In this document: piece after piece, positions 29,995 through 39,792 of the stretch
How positions within the stretch are numbered: the stretch's first letter is position 1
How the letters are laid out: each line of letters opens with the position of its first letter
Assembly: GCA_963809535.1 (NCBI GenBank)
Contig: CAWEJW010000003.1
Coordinates: 25,987 to 89,986, forward strand
DNA: 64,000 nt
Direction: 5' to 3'
Source of the DNA: an uncultured Actinomycetes bacterium
GTDB lineage: Bacteria > Actinomycetota > Coriobacteriia > Anaerosomatales > CAVRZR01
Notes under the pieces: generated by a model
What the model saw: the letters and a program-made list of their open reading frames with translations, nothing else
Databases searched by the model: none
Told to the model about the DNA's origin: nothing
Program-made: the position numbers and the translations under genes

Positions 29995-30831
29995 CTATCG
30001 CAGCCTACGACGCCTGCCACGTCGCGGATCAACGATCAGCGGCACGTCTCCACTGCGGATGGCACCCTCATAGAGATCATCGCCGAAACGCTCGAAACTC
30101 GGCACTGTCACCCTGCTCCCGACCCTGCTGGCGATGCGCTCCAGCAGCTGGATCTGCGTTACCTCGGCATCCGTGCCTAGCATGATGATGTTGCGCGTGT
30201 TGTCGCGTGGGTCCTTCGCGGAGCCGATGGGAAACACCCACGCGCCTCCCCAGACGTTCGCGGCGGTGCGGTAGAGGCTGCGAAAGGGCTTGCTCCGCGG
30301 CCCGTAGACAGCGCCGATGAAGTTGTAGGCGATGACTCCAGCCGGCGCGAGACAGTCGCGGCACTCCCTCATGAACTCGTCTGTGGTGAGCGGACGGGGC
30401 ACGCGATCATCGTCGAAGGCGTCGACAATGATGATGTCGTAGGTCTCGGCGCAGCGGTCGACGAACTCGCGGCCGTCCCCGACGAACACGCGGATGCGCT
30501 CGTCCTCGGGCAAGGCGAAGAAGGTGCTGGCGACCTCGACGACCGTGGGATCGATCTCGACGGCGTCCACGTGCATGTCGGGGTAGTCGCGCCACATGCG
30601 CTTGACCACAGAAGCGCCGCCCAGCCCGATGACGAGCGCCCTGGTTGCCGTTGGCGTGATCGCCATCGTCAGGTGCAGGTACGCGACGTACTCGATGTCG
30701 GTCTCGAACGGGTCGTCGAGCCGCATCGACGATTGACGATTGCGCTCGAACGTCAGGCGGCGGATTCCGTCGTCGTCGGCCACGCGAACGCGGTGATAGG
30801 GAGAATCGCACTCGTACATCAGGGCTTTCAC
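29995..30831 (-). CDS. Spermidine synthase-like SAM-dependent protein
   Basis: IGLGG, VEID, DG, YDIIIVDAF; start approximate. Confidence 0.8.
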   Translation of the reverse strand: MKALMYECDSPYHRVRVADDDGIRRLTFERNRQSSMRLDDPFETDIEYVAYLHLTMAITPTATRALVIGLGGASVVKRMWRDYPDMHVDAVEIDPTVVEVASTFFALPEDERIRVFVGDGREFVDRCAETYDIIIVDAFDDDRVPRPLTTDEFMRECRDCLAPAGVIAYNFIGAVYGPRSKPFRSLYRTAANVWGGAWVFPIGSAKDPRDNTRNIIMLGTDAEVTQIQLLERIASRVGSRVTVPSFERFGDDLYEGAIRSGDVPLIVDPRRGRRRRLR

Positions 30832-30916
30832 TCTACACGTCGCACTCGACAACCCGCGTGGCCACGCCGCGCAAGGGTATATGCAGCATGGTCAGGGCGA
30901 ATGATTGGAGAAGAAC

Positions 30917-31312
30917 ATGGCTTCCGCACGAATGGCAACGCAACTTGTGTGCTCGCTTCCCACGAGAGTCGGCCTCCTCGCCGACATTGCCGAGACTCTG
31001 CGTCAGGCGAACCTGAATGTGATCGCCATCTCGGCTTATGAGCGCGACGGCAACGCCAAGTTCCTCCTGGTTACGAGCGACAACGCGGAGGCGTCCGATG
31101 CGCTCGGTCGCTTCAACGCCGATGTTCGCGAGAAGAGCGTCGTGCTCGTGGACATGCCCAACAAGGCGGGCGCGCTGGAGGAGATCGCAAAGAAGATCGC
31201 CGAGGCTGGCATCAACATCGAGTACTCGTACGGCACCGCCGGAGCAGCCGACAAGGCAACTGTCGTGTTCAAGACTGCCGACGACGCCAAGGTCGCGAGC
31301 CTGGTCGGCTAG
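30917..31312 (+). CDS. Tandem ACT domain protein
   Basis: RVGLLADI..NV and NKAGAL..I..AGINIEYSY repeats. Confidence 0.85.
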   Translation: MASARMATQLVCSLPTRVGLLADIAETLRQANLNVIAISAYERDGNAKFLLVTSDNAEASDALGRFNADVREKSVVLVDMPNKAGALEEIAKKIAEAGINIEYSYGTAGAADKATVVFKTADDAKVASLVG

Positions 31313-31354
31313 TCGCAGCCAGGCCCTCCGCCGCACATATGATCGGAGCGAACG

Positions 31355-31645
31355 ATGAGCGCCCTGCAGCGCCCGCGATACCCCGTGCCACCCGACGTCG
31401 AGCGGGCGCTCGCCGAGCGAGGGCTCATGGGCGCCTATCTGTCGCGTCCGGACTACCAGCGGAACGACTATGTCGGCTGGATCGCACGTGCGAAACGGGA
31501 GGACACGCGCTGCAAGCGCCTGGAGCAGATGCTCGACGAGTTGCAGACCGGTGATGCGTACATGGGCATGGCGTACCGCGCTCGACGTCGCGGCGGGGAG
31601 TTCGAGCCGGCCGCGCGTAGCCGACCGGATGGGTCCGGCTCGTGA
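31355..31645 (+). CDS. YdeI/OmpD-associated family protein (short form)
   Basis: RPDYQRNDYVGWI..AKR..TR..RL.QMLDEL...YM.M. Confidence 0.8.
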   Translation: MSALQRPRYPVPPDVERALAERGLMGAYLSRPDYQRNDYVGWIARAKREDTRCKRLEQMLDELQTGDAYMGMAYRARRRGGEFEPAARSRPDGSGS

Positions 31646-32220
31646 CCCGACCGGTTCGCGACCTCCCTCGGCTGGAGCCTGCGACGCGCGCGGAATGGAG
31701 CGCCTGGCTCGAGGCGAACTACGATTCAGCGCCCGGGGTCCTGCTCGCGATCGGCAAGAAAGGGAGGACCCGTACCTCGCTCACCTACGAAGAGGCCGTC
31801 GAGGAGGCGGTGCGGTTCAACTGGATCGACAGCACCGCGCATCCGCTGGACGAGGACCGCTACAGTCAGCTCTTCACGCCTCGCAAGCCGGGGAGCACGT
31901 GGTCACGCTCGAACAAGGAACGCGTCGCGCGGCTCGAGACGCAGGGACTCCTCCTGCCAAAGACCGTCGCAGCGATCGAGGCCGCCAAGGCCGACGGGTC
32001 GTGGAGCCAGCTGGACGACGTCGAAAACCTTGTCGTTCCCGATGATCTGGCCGCGGCACTTGCCGCTGAACCCGGTGCGTCCGGCAACTTCGAGCGATTC
32101 AGCGCGTCGCAGAGGAAGCTGGCTCTGTACTGGATCGGCACCGCGAAGCGGCCAGAGACTCGGGCCAGACGCATTGAAGCCGCGGTTCGAGCGGCTGCCG
32201 AGAACAAGATGCTCTTCTGA
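31642..32220 (+). CDS. YdeI/OmpD-associated family protein
   Basis: W.AWL, EAV.EA..F.WIDS, FTPRK..S.WS..NK, AKRPETR..RI. Confidence 0.88.
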   Translation: MTRPVRDLPRLEPATRAEWSAWLEANYDSAPGVLLAIGKKGRTRTSLTYEEAVEEAVRFNWIDSTAHPLDEDRYSQLFTPRKPGSTWSRSNKERVARLETQGLLLPKTVAAIEAAKADGSWSQLDDVENLVVPDDLAAALAAEPGASGNFERFSASQRKLALYWIGTAKRPETRARRIEAAVRAAAENKMLF

Positions 32221-32275
32221 TGGCCGACGGACGCTGAACCGCGGGCCGCGCGTCGTGTCGGGTAGATTCAACTCG

Positions 32276-32791
32276 ATGGCTAGCATGGACTTCGACATCT
32301 TCCAAAGCGACACGCCCAGGGACTTCGCACAGGTCCGGAGGCTCTTCCTCGAGTATGCCGAGGCCCTCGGTTGGGACCTCGCATCCGGAGGCCGGTTCGC
32401 GGATGAAATCGAGAACCTGCCCGGCCCCTACGCTCAACCCGCGGGCGCGCTCCTGCTCGCCTGCGTCGACGACGAACCCGCAGGTGTGCTCGGACTGCAG
32501 CCCATACCCTCCGACGTACGCATCCAGGACATCGGCGCCGAAGGATTCGGCGAGCTCAAGCGTCTGTTCGTGCGCCCTCGCTACCGGCGTCACGGTATCG
32601 GACACGCACTCATGAAGTGCTCGGAGATCGCCGCCAGAGAGCGGGGCTACGAATCGCTCGTCCTTACCACGTCCGCCGAGATGATGCCCCTTGCGCAGAG
32701 GCTGTACGACGAACTTGGCTACTGCCCGATGGAGCCATATCGCACGGACATGAATTGGCCTGGGGTGCGCTGGCTTGGGCTCAACCTCTAG
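32276..32791 (+). CDS. GNAT N-acetyltransferase
   Basis: LF.EY, LPGPY, ELKRLFV, R.HGIG, LY..LGY. Confidence 0.87.
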   Translation: MASMDFDIFQSDTPRDFAQVRRLFLEYAEALGWDLASGGRFADEIENLPGPYAQPAGALLLACVDDEPAGVLGLQPIPSDVRIQDIGAEGFGELKRLFVRPRYRRHGIGHALMKCSEIAARERGYESLVLTTSAEMMPLAQRLYDELGYCPMEPYRTDMNWPGVRWLGLNL

Positions 32792-32842
32792 ACACGTCGA
32801 TGCCTCGGCTCGCCGGGGGCGACGGTCGGCCGGACCGAGCGC

Positions 32843-33232
32843 CTAGAGCTCCTGCGCGATCTCGATCTCGGTGCCATCCGGATCGTCCAAGAAGACGAGC
32901 CTGTAGCGCTCGATGACATCGCGGGCCACGACGTCGTCCGCCAGCAGGCCCGCCCGCTTGAGCTCAGCAACGACGCTGTCGATATCGTTGGTCGCCAGCG
33001 CAAAGTGCCGGAACCCGATGCGCTTCGCATCGTTTCCGCCGACAACCCCTGGCGTCCGCGCGTACCAGAACAGCTCAAGGCGGAACTCACCCAGCCGCAT
33101 GAACGTGATCGAACGCGACGCGTCCTGCATCGGAAGGGACGACTCGACCTCGAAACCGAGTGCGCTGTAGAACGCGATCGATCGGTCGAGATCGCTGACG
33201 ACAAGCCCGACGTGGTGCGCTGTCAGATCCAT
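32843..33232 (-). CDS. VOC/glyoxalase family protein
   Basis: HHVGLVVSDL, LELF, HFAL, DPDG..IE. Confidence 0.9.
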   Translation of the reverse strand: MDLTAHHVGLVVSDLDRSIAFYSALGFEVESSLPMQDASRSITFMRLGEFRLELFWYARTPGVVGGNDAKRIGFRHFALATNDIDSVVAELKRAGLLADDVVARDVIERYRLVFLDDPDGTEIEIAQEL

Positions 33233-33264
33233 CTTCGACCTCCGGTCCACTCGCGGACGATTGG

Positions 33265-33660
33265 CTACTTCTTGCGCGGAATCGAGAGAAGCACGGTGCC
33301 GAGCGCGATGCCGCCTATCACGCCGACGCGCACCGGCACGCTCCAGTCGGCCTGCCACACCCAGAGCGCAGCCATGTATGGCAGCAGAACCAGCCACAGG
33401 ACGACCTGGGCGACTACCGGCAGTTCGCGGACCGATTGCCACACCGAGTCCAGTCCGCCCGGGACGTAGAGCGCGATATAGCCGAAGACCAGCCAGCCAA
33501 CAACGACAGCGGCAAGCCAGAGCAGACCTCCCCAGGACCGCCTCCCCTTCGCCGCACGTCCGGCCGTCATTGTCGAGGTCTCGGCACCCTGTGCCACTCG
33601 ATTGCCCGCAGGCGAATCGCGTGGCGGAGAAGGACCGGGTGCCTCGTCGATTTCGGACAC
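33265..33660 (-). CDS. Small membrane protein
   Basis: GGAGGG before GTG at 33660 (alternative ATG 33570); three hydrophobic segments. Confidence 0.6.
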   Translation of the reverse strand: MSEIDEAPGPSPPRDSPAGNRVAQGAETSTMTAGRAAKGRRSWGGLLWLAAVVVGWLVFGYIALYVPGGLDSVWQSVRELPVVAQVVLWLVLLPYMAALWVWQADWSVPVRVGVIGGIALGTVLLSIPRKK

Positions 33661-33932
33661 TCGTCTCACCCTCCGTCGCTTGTCGGCCCGCCCGCCGTGT
33701 GGAGCCAGCCTACTGGTCGTTCGCAGGCCGTTCCCTTTCTCATCCCCAAACAGCTGTCTTGCGCTGCTCGGCGCAATGAGTCGACTCCGGCCAGTGTACG
33801 GCGGCTCGGTGATGCGTGGTGACGACCTCGAAACTGGGTATCTGCACCAGCAGCAGAAGTATGGAGGGAGACGTGCCGGCCGAGTGGCAGCGAGAATCAC
33901 GGCCACTCTGGGATCGAGCCGAGGAGGGCGCC

Positions 33933-34295
33933 ATGATCGAGGAATGGGTCCAAGCCTACTTGAAAGCGTGGACATCTGATGCGCCCGAGGACGTGGCCGC
34001 GCTCTTCACCGAAGATGCGCGGTACTTCACAGAGCCGTACGCCGAGCCATGGGAGGGCCGCGACGAAATCGTGCGCGAGTGGATCGCGCGTGGCGATTCC
34101 GGCAACGATTGGTCGTTCGAGCACGACATCATCGCCGAGTGCGGCGACACGGGAGTGGTTCGCGGTGTCACCCACTACGAACCGGAGTCGCCCGACGAGC
34201 CCGCCGGCGCAACCTATCACAATATCTGGATAGTCCGACTGAAGCCGGACGGCCGCGCCTACGAGTTCACCGAATGGTGGATGAAGGCGAAGTAG
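33933..34295 (+). CDS. SnoaL/NTF2-like protein
   Basis: Y..AW, LFTEDA.Y, GR..I...W, EFTEWW; GAGGAGG RBS. Confidence 0.87.
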   Translation: MIEEWVQAYLKAWTSDAPEDVAALFTEDARYFTEPYAEPWEGRDEIVREWIARGDSGNDWSFEHDIIAECGDTGVVRGVTHYEPESPDEPAGATYHNIWIVRLKPDGRAYEFTEWWMKAK

Positions 34296-34339
34296 GCCAG
34301 GCTGGAAGCGCCCGCATCGGAGCGATAGGGAGGTTCGCC

Positions 34340-35488
34340 ATGGCGCGAAGACTTCACTACATCGACTGGCTTCGAGTGCTGGCAGTCATGCTGCTGTTCC
34401 CCTTCCACACATCCCGCGTGTTCAACTTCGGCGAGGACTTCTACGTCAAGGGCACGCACCTGTCGGTAGCGCTCAGCTACGTGCTCGGCTTCATCTCCAC
34501 ATGGCACATGCAGCTGCTGTTCCTGCTGGCCGGCGCGTCGGCCTACTTCTCTCTGCGCCGAAGAACTGGCGGCCAGTTCGAGCGCGAGCGCGTCCAGCGG
34601 CTGCTCGTTCCGTTCGTCTTCGGCATCCTTGTGCTCATCCCGCCCCAGACGTGGATCGGTGGGCAGTTCAACTCGGGGTACACGGGATCGTTCATCCAGT
34701 ACCTTACGAGCGGCGACTTCCTGGCGTTCAACATCAAGGAGGGTGGCGACTACTACGGCGGCTTCGGCATTGGGCACCTGTGGTTCATTGGGTTCCTGCT
34801 CTTGATCTCGCTCATCGTGCTGCCACTACTGGTGTGGGGCAGGACCGAACGCGGGGCGGCGGCAATTGGGCGCTTCGCCCGTTTCTTGGCGAAGCCGTGG
34901 GGTTGGCTCGTCGTCGCGTTCGTCATCCTGATCGGTGAGAGCATGCCTGAGATCGCCGGCAAGAACCTGATCTACTACCTCGTGTTCTTCGTCCTCGGGT
35001 ACATCGTCATGGCCGACGACGCGTTCACAGAATCCGCCGAACGGTATCGATGGTTCGCGCTGATCGTCGGGATGTTGGGATGCGCAGTCTGGGTCGCGAC
35101 AGGACCCTTCCGCGACTCGCTGCCCGATCCCTCGTTCGCGCTCTTCGGGATCGTCATGGCAGGCATGCTCTCCGCTTGGCTCGCGATCATCGGGCTTCTC
35201 GGCACGGGCAAGCACTATCTCGACCAGCCCTCGTCCGCCCTGTCGTACCTCGCCGAGTCGTCCTACCCCGTCTACATCCTCCATCAGACCGTGATCGTGG
35301 TGGCCGCCTTCTACCTGGTGCGCATGCAAGGCCCGTTGGCCCTCGAGTGGACAGCCGTCTTCATCGTCGCGGTGCTGGCCACATTCGCGCTCTACGAGCT
35401 CGTGCGCCGCGTCCCTGTGCTGCGCACGCTGTTCGGGATGCGCCCGCGTCCGGCGAGGGTTTCGGCGCAGCCCGAGCCCGCGGAGTGA
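34340..35488 (+). CDS. Acyltransferase-3 family membrane protein (OpgC/MdoC-like)
   Basis: RLHYIDWLR, MQLLF..AG, R..RLL.P, HLWF, SY..YILH. Confidence 0.9.
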   Translation: MARRLHYIDWLRVLAVMLLFPFHTSRVFNFGEDFYVKGTHLSVALSYVLGFISTWHMQLLFLLAGASAYFSLRRRTGGQFERERVQRLLVPFVFGILVLIPPQTWIGGQFNSGYTGSFIQYLTSGDFLAFNIKEGGDYYGGFGIGHLWFIGFLLLISLIVLPLLVWGRTERGAAAIGRFARFLAKPWGWLVVAFVILIGESMPEIAGKNLIYYLVFFVLGYIVMADDAFTESAERYRWFALIVGMLGCAVWVATGPFRDSLPDPSFALFGIVMAGMLSAWLAIIGLLGTGKHYLDQPSSALSYLAESSYPVYILHQTVIVVAAFYLVRMQGPLALEWTAVFIVAVLATFALYELVRRVPVLRTLFGMRPRPARVSAQPEPAE

Positions 35489-35489
35489 A

Positions 35490-35987
35490 TCAGCCGGAAC
35501 TGGGCGGCTGAGCCAGAAGCGCTTGGACGAGCCTGCCGAGGAACACGGCTTGTGCCGGCAGGATCTTCTCGCGCGCCTCGCCCACGCCGAACCACTCGGC
35601 TCGATCAACCTCGGGGAAGCGTTGCAGGCGGCCAGAGTGTGGCGGCCACTCCATCTCGAACTCGTTGCTGACGAGCCTCGTGGGATCGAACGCGCCTTGG
35701 ACACCGAATGAGTGGACGATCTTGCCCTTCCGCTGTTCGATCCAGCCCAAGTCGACCGGCTCGCGGTCCGGCACGTCGGCGCCGGTCTCCTCCGAGAACT
35801 CACGACGCGCGGCGGCGAGGGCATCCTCCTCGGCGGGGTCGTACTCGCCCTTCGGGATCGACCACACGCCTTCGTCCTTGCCCGAGTAGAAGGGCCCGCC
35901 CGGATGCGCGAGCAGCACCTCGATGCCCGCAGCGTCGGCGCGAGCGGCTCGTCGGTATAGAAGGATGCCGGCGCTGTGAACCGTCAC
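35490..35987 (-). CDS. NUDIX hydrolase
   Basis: HPGGP, WSIPKG, AARREFSEETG, EWPP.SG, FPEVDR. Confidence 0.9.
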   Translation of the reverse strand: MTVHSAGILLYRRAARADAAGIEVLLAHPGGPFYSGKDEGVWSIPKGEYDPAEEDALAAARREFSEETGADVPDREPVDLGWIEQRKGKIVHSFGVQGAFDPTRLVSNEFEMEWPPHSGRLQRFPEVDRAEWFGVGEAREKILPAQAVFLGRLVQALLAQPPSSG

Positions 35988-36129
35988 GGGGTCTCTCCCA
36001 AGGCCTCGAGGTGGGCGGGTGGCGGGCTCGACACGCCCGAAGTGATTCTCCCCCACGGGTTGCGATTCTTCCTACTCGGCCACGCCCCACACGAGCGAAC
36101 GGGGTATATCCCCCGCGGAGGTGGTTGCC

Positions 36130-36603
36130 ATGATCAAAGCGTCAGTCAAGGAAACCGAGCCCATGACCGTCGGGTTCCTGTCGATGCGCGGGCCGTACGC
36201 GCAGATTCCGCAAGCCATGGGTCAGCTGTACGGTTTCATCGGAGCCAGCGGATTCGTGCCCGCGGGAATGCCGCACGCGGTCTACTTCACCGCGCCGGAC
36301 GCAGGACCGGAATCGGAGGCCCTGTGGGAGCTCTGGGCACCGATCGCAGGCGACGCGCCCGACGCCGGTCCTGACGAGAGCGGCCTCGGCGTGAAGCACG
36401 TGCCGGCGCAGCTAGTCGTATCAACCATGCACAAGGGTCCGTACGAGAACATCGAGCCTACCTATCGTGAGCTTGACGAGTGGATCGCTTCCGAAGGCTA
36501 CGAGATGAGCGGCCCGCCGATGGAGATCTACTACTCGGATCCAAACGAGGTGCCTCCCGAGGAGTACCTCACAGAGATCCGGTTTCCGGTCGCGAAGCCC
36601 TGA
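36130..36603 (+). CDS. GyrI-like small-molecule-binding protein
   Basis: GPY..I, HKGPY, EIY..DP, TEI.FPV. Confidence 0.88.
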   Translation: MIKASVKETEPMTVGFLSMRGPYAQIPQAMGQLYGFIGASGFVPAGMPHAVYFTAPDAGPESEALWELWAPIAGDAPDAGPDESGLGVKHVPAQLVVSTMHKGPYENIEPTYRELDEWIASEGYEMSGPPMEIYYSDPNEVPPEEYLTEIRFPVAKP

Positions 36604-36621
36604 GCCGGCGAGGCGGTTCTG

Positions 36622-37665
36622 GTGAACGTTACCACCGAGGTACCAAGGACCACGCTCGACTGGCTTCTCGCCGAGGACAACCCGGCGGTCGCGGTGCTGA
36701 CCCGTCGCACGCTGCTTGGCGAGCCCGACTCCGCCGAGATTCAAGCGCTGTGGCGGCGACGCAATGAGTACGCCCCCGTGGCCGCGATCCTCGAGGCTGC
36801 GAACGAAGACGGTTCGTTTGCACCGCCGGAACGTGACTACAGCAAGTACGGCGGCGGTCTGTGGCAGATCCACTTCCTCGGCGAGCTTCATGCCGACGAA
36901 TCCGACGAGCGGCTCGCGCGCGCCATCGACTACGCCTTCTCCCGCCAGCTGCCCGACGGCTCCTGGAGCTGCAACGGGCGACCGGTCGCTGCGATCCCCT
37001 GCCTCACGGCGAACGTCGGCCGCGCACTCGCGCGCATGGGACACGCGCGCGACGAGCGAGTGATCGCGTCGCTCGCGCAGATCGCGCGCCTGTACACAGA
37101 GACCGGGGTACTGGGCTGCCGGGAGCTCGCGCCGCTCTATCTCAACGGCTACTGCCACATGCTCGCTCCGAAGGTGCTGCTTTTCTTGGCCGAGGTACCC
37201 CGAGACGCATGGCCGGAAGGCGCAGTGGAGTTGCGCGGGGCCGCCGTCGGAGCGTTTCGCGACCAGCAGGTCTTCAGGTACGTCCCTCAAGGCGCTCAGG
37301 AGTTTGCCGACTACATCTGGCACGTGCCTAAGGCCGAACGCCGAGAGGCTCGGGAGCGCTACATCGCGGAGCACTCGCCGCTCGAGTTCCGCGAGAAGCC
37401 GGGCTGGCTCAAGTTCGGCTTCCCGCTCTCGTACAACTCGGACGCACTCGAGGCACTCGCCGCACTGGCAGCAGTCGGCGAACCCCATCGCCCGGAGTAC
37501 GATCTCGCCATGGGCGCGGTGCGCGATGCCGCCGACGCTCAGTGGCGCTGGAAGCTGCGCACCAGCTTCAACGGCAAGATGCTGGCCGACGTCGAAACCA
37601 AGGGTGAGCCGAGTAAGTGGCTCACGTTGAGGGCGCTGCAGGTACTCGATCACTTTGCAGCCTGA
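36622..37665 (+). CDS. Hypothetical alpha/alpha-barrel (prenyltransferase-like) protein
   Basis: WLL..NP, QLPDGSW, PCLTAN, FGFP..Y..D.LE, SKW.TL.AL. Confidence 0.7.
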   Translation: MNVTTEVPRTTLDWLLAEDNPAVAVLTRRTLLGEPDSAEIQALWRRRNEYAPVAAILEAANEDGSFAPPERDYSKYGGGLWQIHFLGELHADESDERLARAIDYAFSRQLPDGSWSCNGRPVAAIPCLTANVGRALARMGHARDERVIASLAQIARLYTETGVLGCRELAPLYLNGYCHMLAPKVLLFLAEVPRDAWPEGAVELRGAAVGAFRDQQVFRYVPQGAQEFADYIWHVPKAERREARERYIAEHSPLEFREKPGWLKFGFPLSYNSDALEALAALAAVGEPHRPEYDLAMGAVRDAADAQWRWKLRTSFNGKMLADVETKGEPSKWLTLRALQVLDHFAA

Positions 37666-37743
37666 CCGGGCATCCGACCAGAGAGCCGCAAACGGGAGAC
37701 GGAATCGCCGCAAGAACCCTGGCAGACGCGTCGAGGGAGTCGC

Positions 37744-38511
37744 GTGCTCAACCCCGACTGGTACGAGGCGATAGACCGGCGCATCTCGCGGCGTCGCTAC
37801 ACTGATGAGCCTGTCGCCCCCGACCTCGCCCGACAGCTCGACGAGTTCTGCAGGGGATTCCGCCCGTTCCCCGCGGCACGCGCCGTCTTCGTGGAGAAGA
37901 CTCCGGACGGCCTCTTCACTGGTCTTGTCGGCAGCTACGGCAGCGTCGTCGGAGCGAGATCGGCGGCGCTGTTCGCCGGCACGCAAGGATCCGAGATGGA
38001 CGTCGGCTACGTTGGCGAGGCGTTCATCCTCGAGGCCACGCGGCTGGGACTGGACACGTGCTGGCTGGCTGGCGCGTTTAGCAGGAAGCGGGCAGCTTCT
38101 CTGCACGAACTCTCGCCCGGAGAGCGCGTGCCTGCCATCGCGGCAGTGGGAATCGCGGAGGAGAAGCAGTCGTTCAGCGAGAGGTCAACCCGCTCGTTCG
38201 TAGGCGCTTCGAAGCGCCTGCCGCTCGCGGAGATCGCGCCCGGGGCGTCACCCGGCGCTTGGCCGGACTGGGCATTCGCTGCTGTCGATGCCGCCAACAA
38301 GGCGCCATCGGGGGGCAACAAGCAGCCGTGGCGGTTCCGTCTCGAGGACGGCGCGCTCGTGCTTTCGTGTGCCGAGCACCCGTACCCGACGGCGAAGCTG
38401 GACCTCGGCATAGCGATGATCCACGTCGAGCTCGGTGCCGAACACGCTGGCGTCGAGGGGTCATGGGAGAAGCTCGACGGGACCGACGTCGCGCAGTACG
38501 TGCCCCGGTAG
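37744..38511 (+). CDS. Nitroreductase family protein (two-domain)
   Basis: R.SRR.Y, GLDTCW, APSGGNKQPW, DLGIAM.H. Confidence 0.88.
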   Translation: MLNPDWYEAIDRRISRRRYTDEPVAPDLARQLDEFCRGFRPFPAARAVFVEKTPDGLFTGLVGSYGSVVGARSAALFAGTQGSEMDVGYVGEAFILEATRLGLDTCWLAGAFSRKRAASLHELSPGERVPAIAAVGIAEEKQSFSERSTRSFVGASKRLPLAEIAPGASPGAWPDWAFAAVDAANKAPSGGNKQPWRFRLEDGALVLSCAEHPYPTAKLDLGIAMIHVELGAEHAGVEGSWEKLDGTDVAQYVPR

Positions 38512-38563
38512 CCCCCGATGGGCGTCCCACGACCGCGCGGCGATGCCCGCGCGGAATGCACCG

Positions 38564-39247
38564 TCACACGTTGTCGTGGAACTCGGCCCTGATGTGCGCC
38601 CCATCGCAGAAGGGTTTGTTGCCGGACTCCCCGCATCGACACAGGGTGACCCGGTTGCGCACCTCATAGGCGGCATCGTCGGCGCCTTCGATGAGGATCC
38701 CGCCGCGTGCGAAGAGCGGGCCGCTCACGCCCATCGCAGGATCTTCAACGAGTCCAACGGATCGCTCGAACACGAATTCCAGCGTCTCGTCGCTGCCGCT
38801 CTTGCACACCGAGTATCGTCCCGACGGGCAGAGCATGGCTTCCTCTTCGACGAGCGCCCGAATCTCGGGGTCGTCACACTTCTCCACGAGGTTCCACAGC
38901 CCGCCCGCTCGATCGCAGAATCGCGCCTCGGCACAGAGCTTCCTGGCGTCGCGCACCGTGATGCCGGGTCCGTCGATCGACACGGACTGCTCGAGTAGCG
39001 ACTCGTGCCCGGCCGTCTCCGCGCCGTCGAATCCGATCTTCGTGTGACTGCCGTCGCAGAACGGCTTCTCTGCCGAGTGTCCACAGCGACAGAGCTGGTA
39101 CCGCTCGTCCACGTCGAGGCGCTCGATCTCGCGCCACGCAACCGACTCGCCCTGCTCGTTCGTCACGATCTCAAGGCGCAGCAGCGGGACGCCCCCCGAG
39201 ACCAAGTACGGGCCGTCTTCCGTGATCGCTATCCGCATCTTGGCCAT
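38564..39247 (-). CDS. CDGSH iron-sulfur protein (two CDGSH motifs flanking a divergent ferredoxin-like region)
   Basis: LCRCG.S..KPFCDGSH and LCRCG.S.NKPFCDGAH; central C....FC and CPSG. Confidence 0.92.
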   Translation of the reverse strand: MAKMRIAITEDGPYLVSGGVPLLRLEIVTNEQGESVAWREIERLDVDERYQLCRCGHSAEKPFCDGSHTKIGFDGAETAGHESLLEQSVSIDGPGITVRDARKLCAEARFCDRAGGLWNLVEKCDDPEIRALVEEEAMLCPSGRYSVCKSGSDETLEFVFERSVGLVEDPAMGVSGPLFARGGILIEGADDAAYEVRNRVTLCRCGESGNKPFCDGAHIRAEFHDNV

Positions 39248-39374
39248 GGAAGGCTCCTGACTTGAGGGCTCATGACTTCGACCGAGCATTCGGCCGCAGC
39301 GTGTACGTGGGATTCCCCTTGGATGATGCCCGCCGACTGCCGGGTGCAATCGCCGACGTCGGCGCAACGCTCAC

Positions 39375-39421
39375 TTGACATTGCGATAGTCTCTGAATAT
39401 TCTGATTCTACTGAACTTCAG
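39375..39421 (+). promoter_or_regulatory. Sigma70 promoter overlapped by 9-bp-periodic CTGA boxes
   Basis: TTGACA(39375)-17 nt-TATTCT(39398); CTGA at 39393, 39402, 39411 and inverted TCAG at 39418. Confidence 0.75.
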
Positions 39422-39468
39422 AAGAAGCGGCGAGCTGCAGCGCCGCATGTACCACTCGGAGGGACCCA

Positions 39469-39777
39469 ATGATCGATCAAGACACCTATGCAACGTGCGC
39501 GACGAGTCCCGGTGAGTCCGCGCCCGACGCACAGGCGACCGCGTCCGACACGGCCGAGTGCTGCGCGCTCGAGGCCGTCGTGAGCGTCGACGAACGCGGA
39601 CAGCTCGTCCTGCCGAAGGACCTTCGGGTACGCGCGGGCATCAGTGCGGGCGACCGGCTCGCCGTTGTCTCGTACCGGGATGACGCGGGCTCGATCTGTT
39701 GCATCACACTCGTCAAGGCCGGAGCCGTTGCGGGCGCAGTGCGCTCGGTCATCGGCCCTGCGCTCGGCATCGACTAA
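39469..39777 (+). CDS. AbrB/MazE/SpoVT-fold protein resembling HgcAB-associated HgcC
   Basis: CC..EAVVSVDERGQLVLPKDLR..AGI.AGD.LAVV....CCI.L.KA. Confidence 0.8.
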   Translation: MIDQDTYATCATSPGESAPDAQATASDTAECCALEAVVSVDERGQLVLPKDLRVRAGISAGDRLAVVSYRDDAGSICCITLVKAGAVAGAVRSVIGPALGID

Positions 39778-39792
39778 CGAAAGGACCACGTC

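Noticed and set aside
39469-39777. MazE/VapB antitoxin, or evidence of mercury methylation
   Set aside because: The downstream gene is arsM, not a toxin, and hgcA/hgcB are absent from the window.
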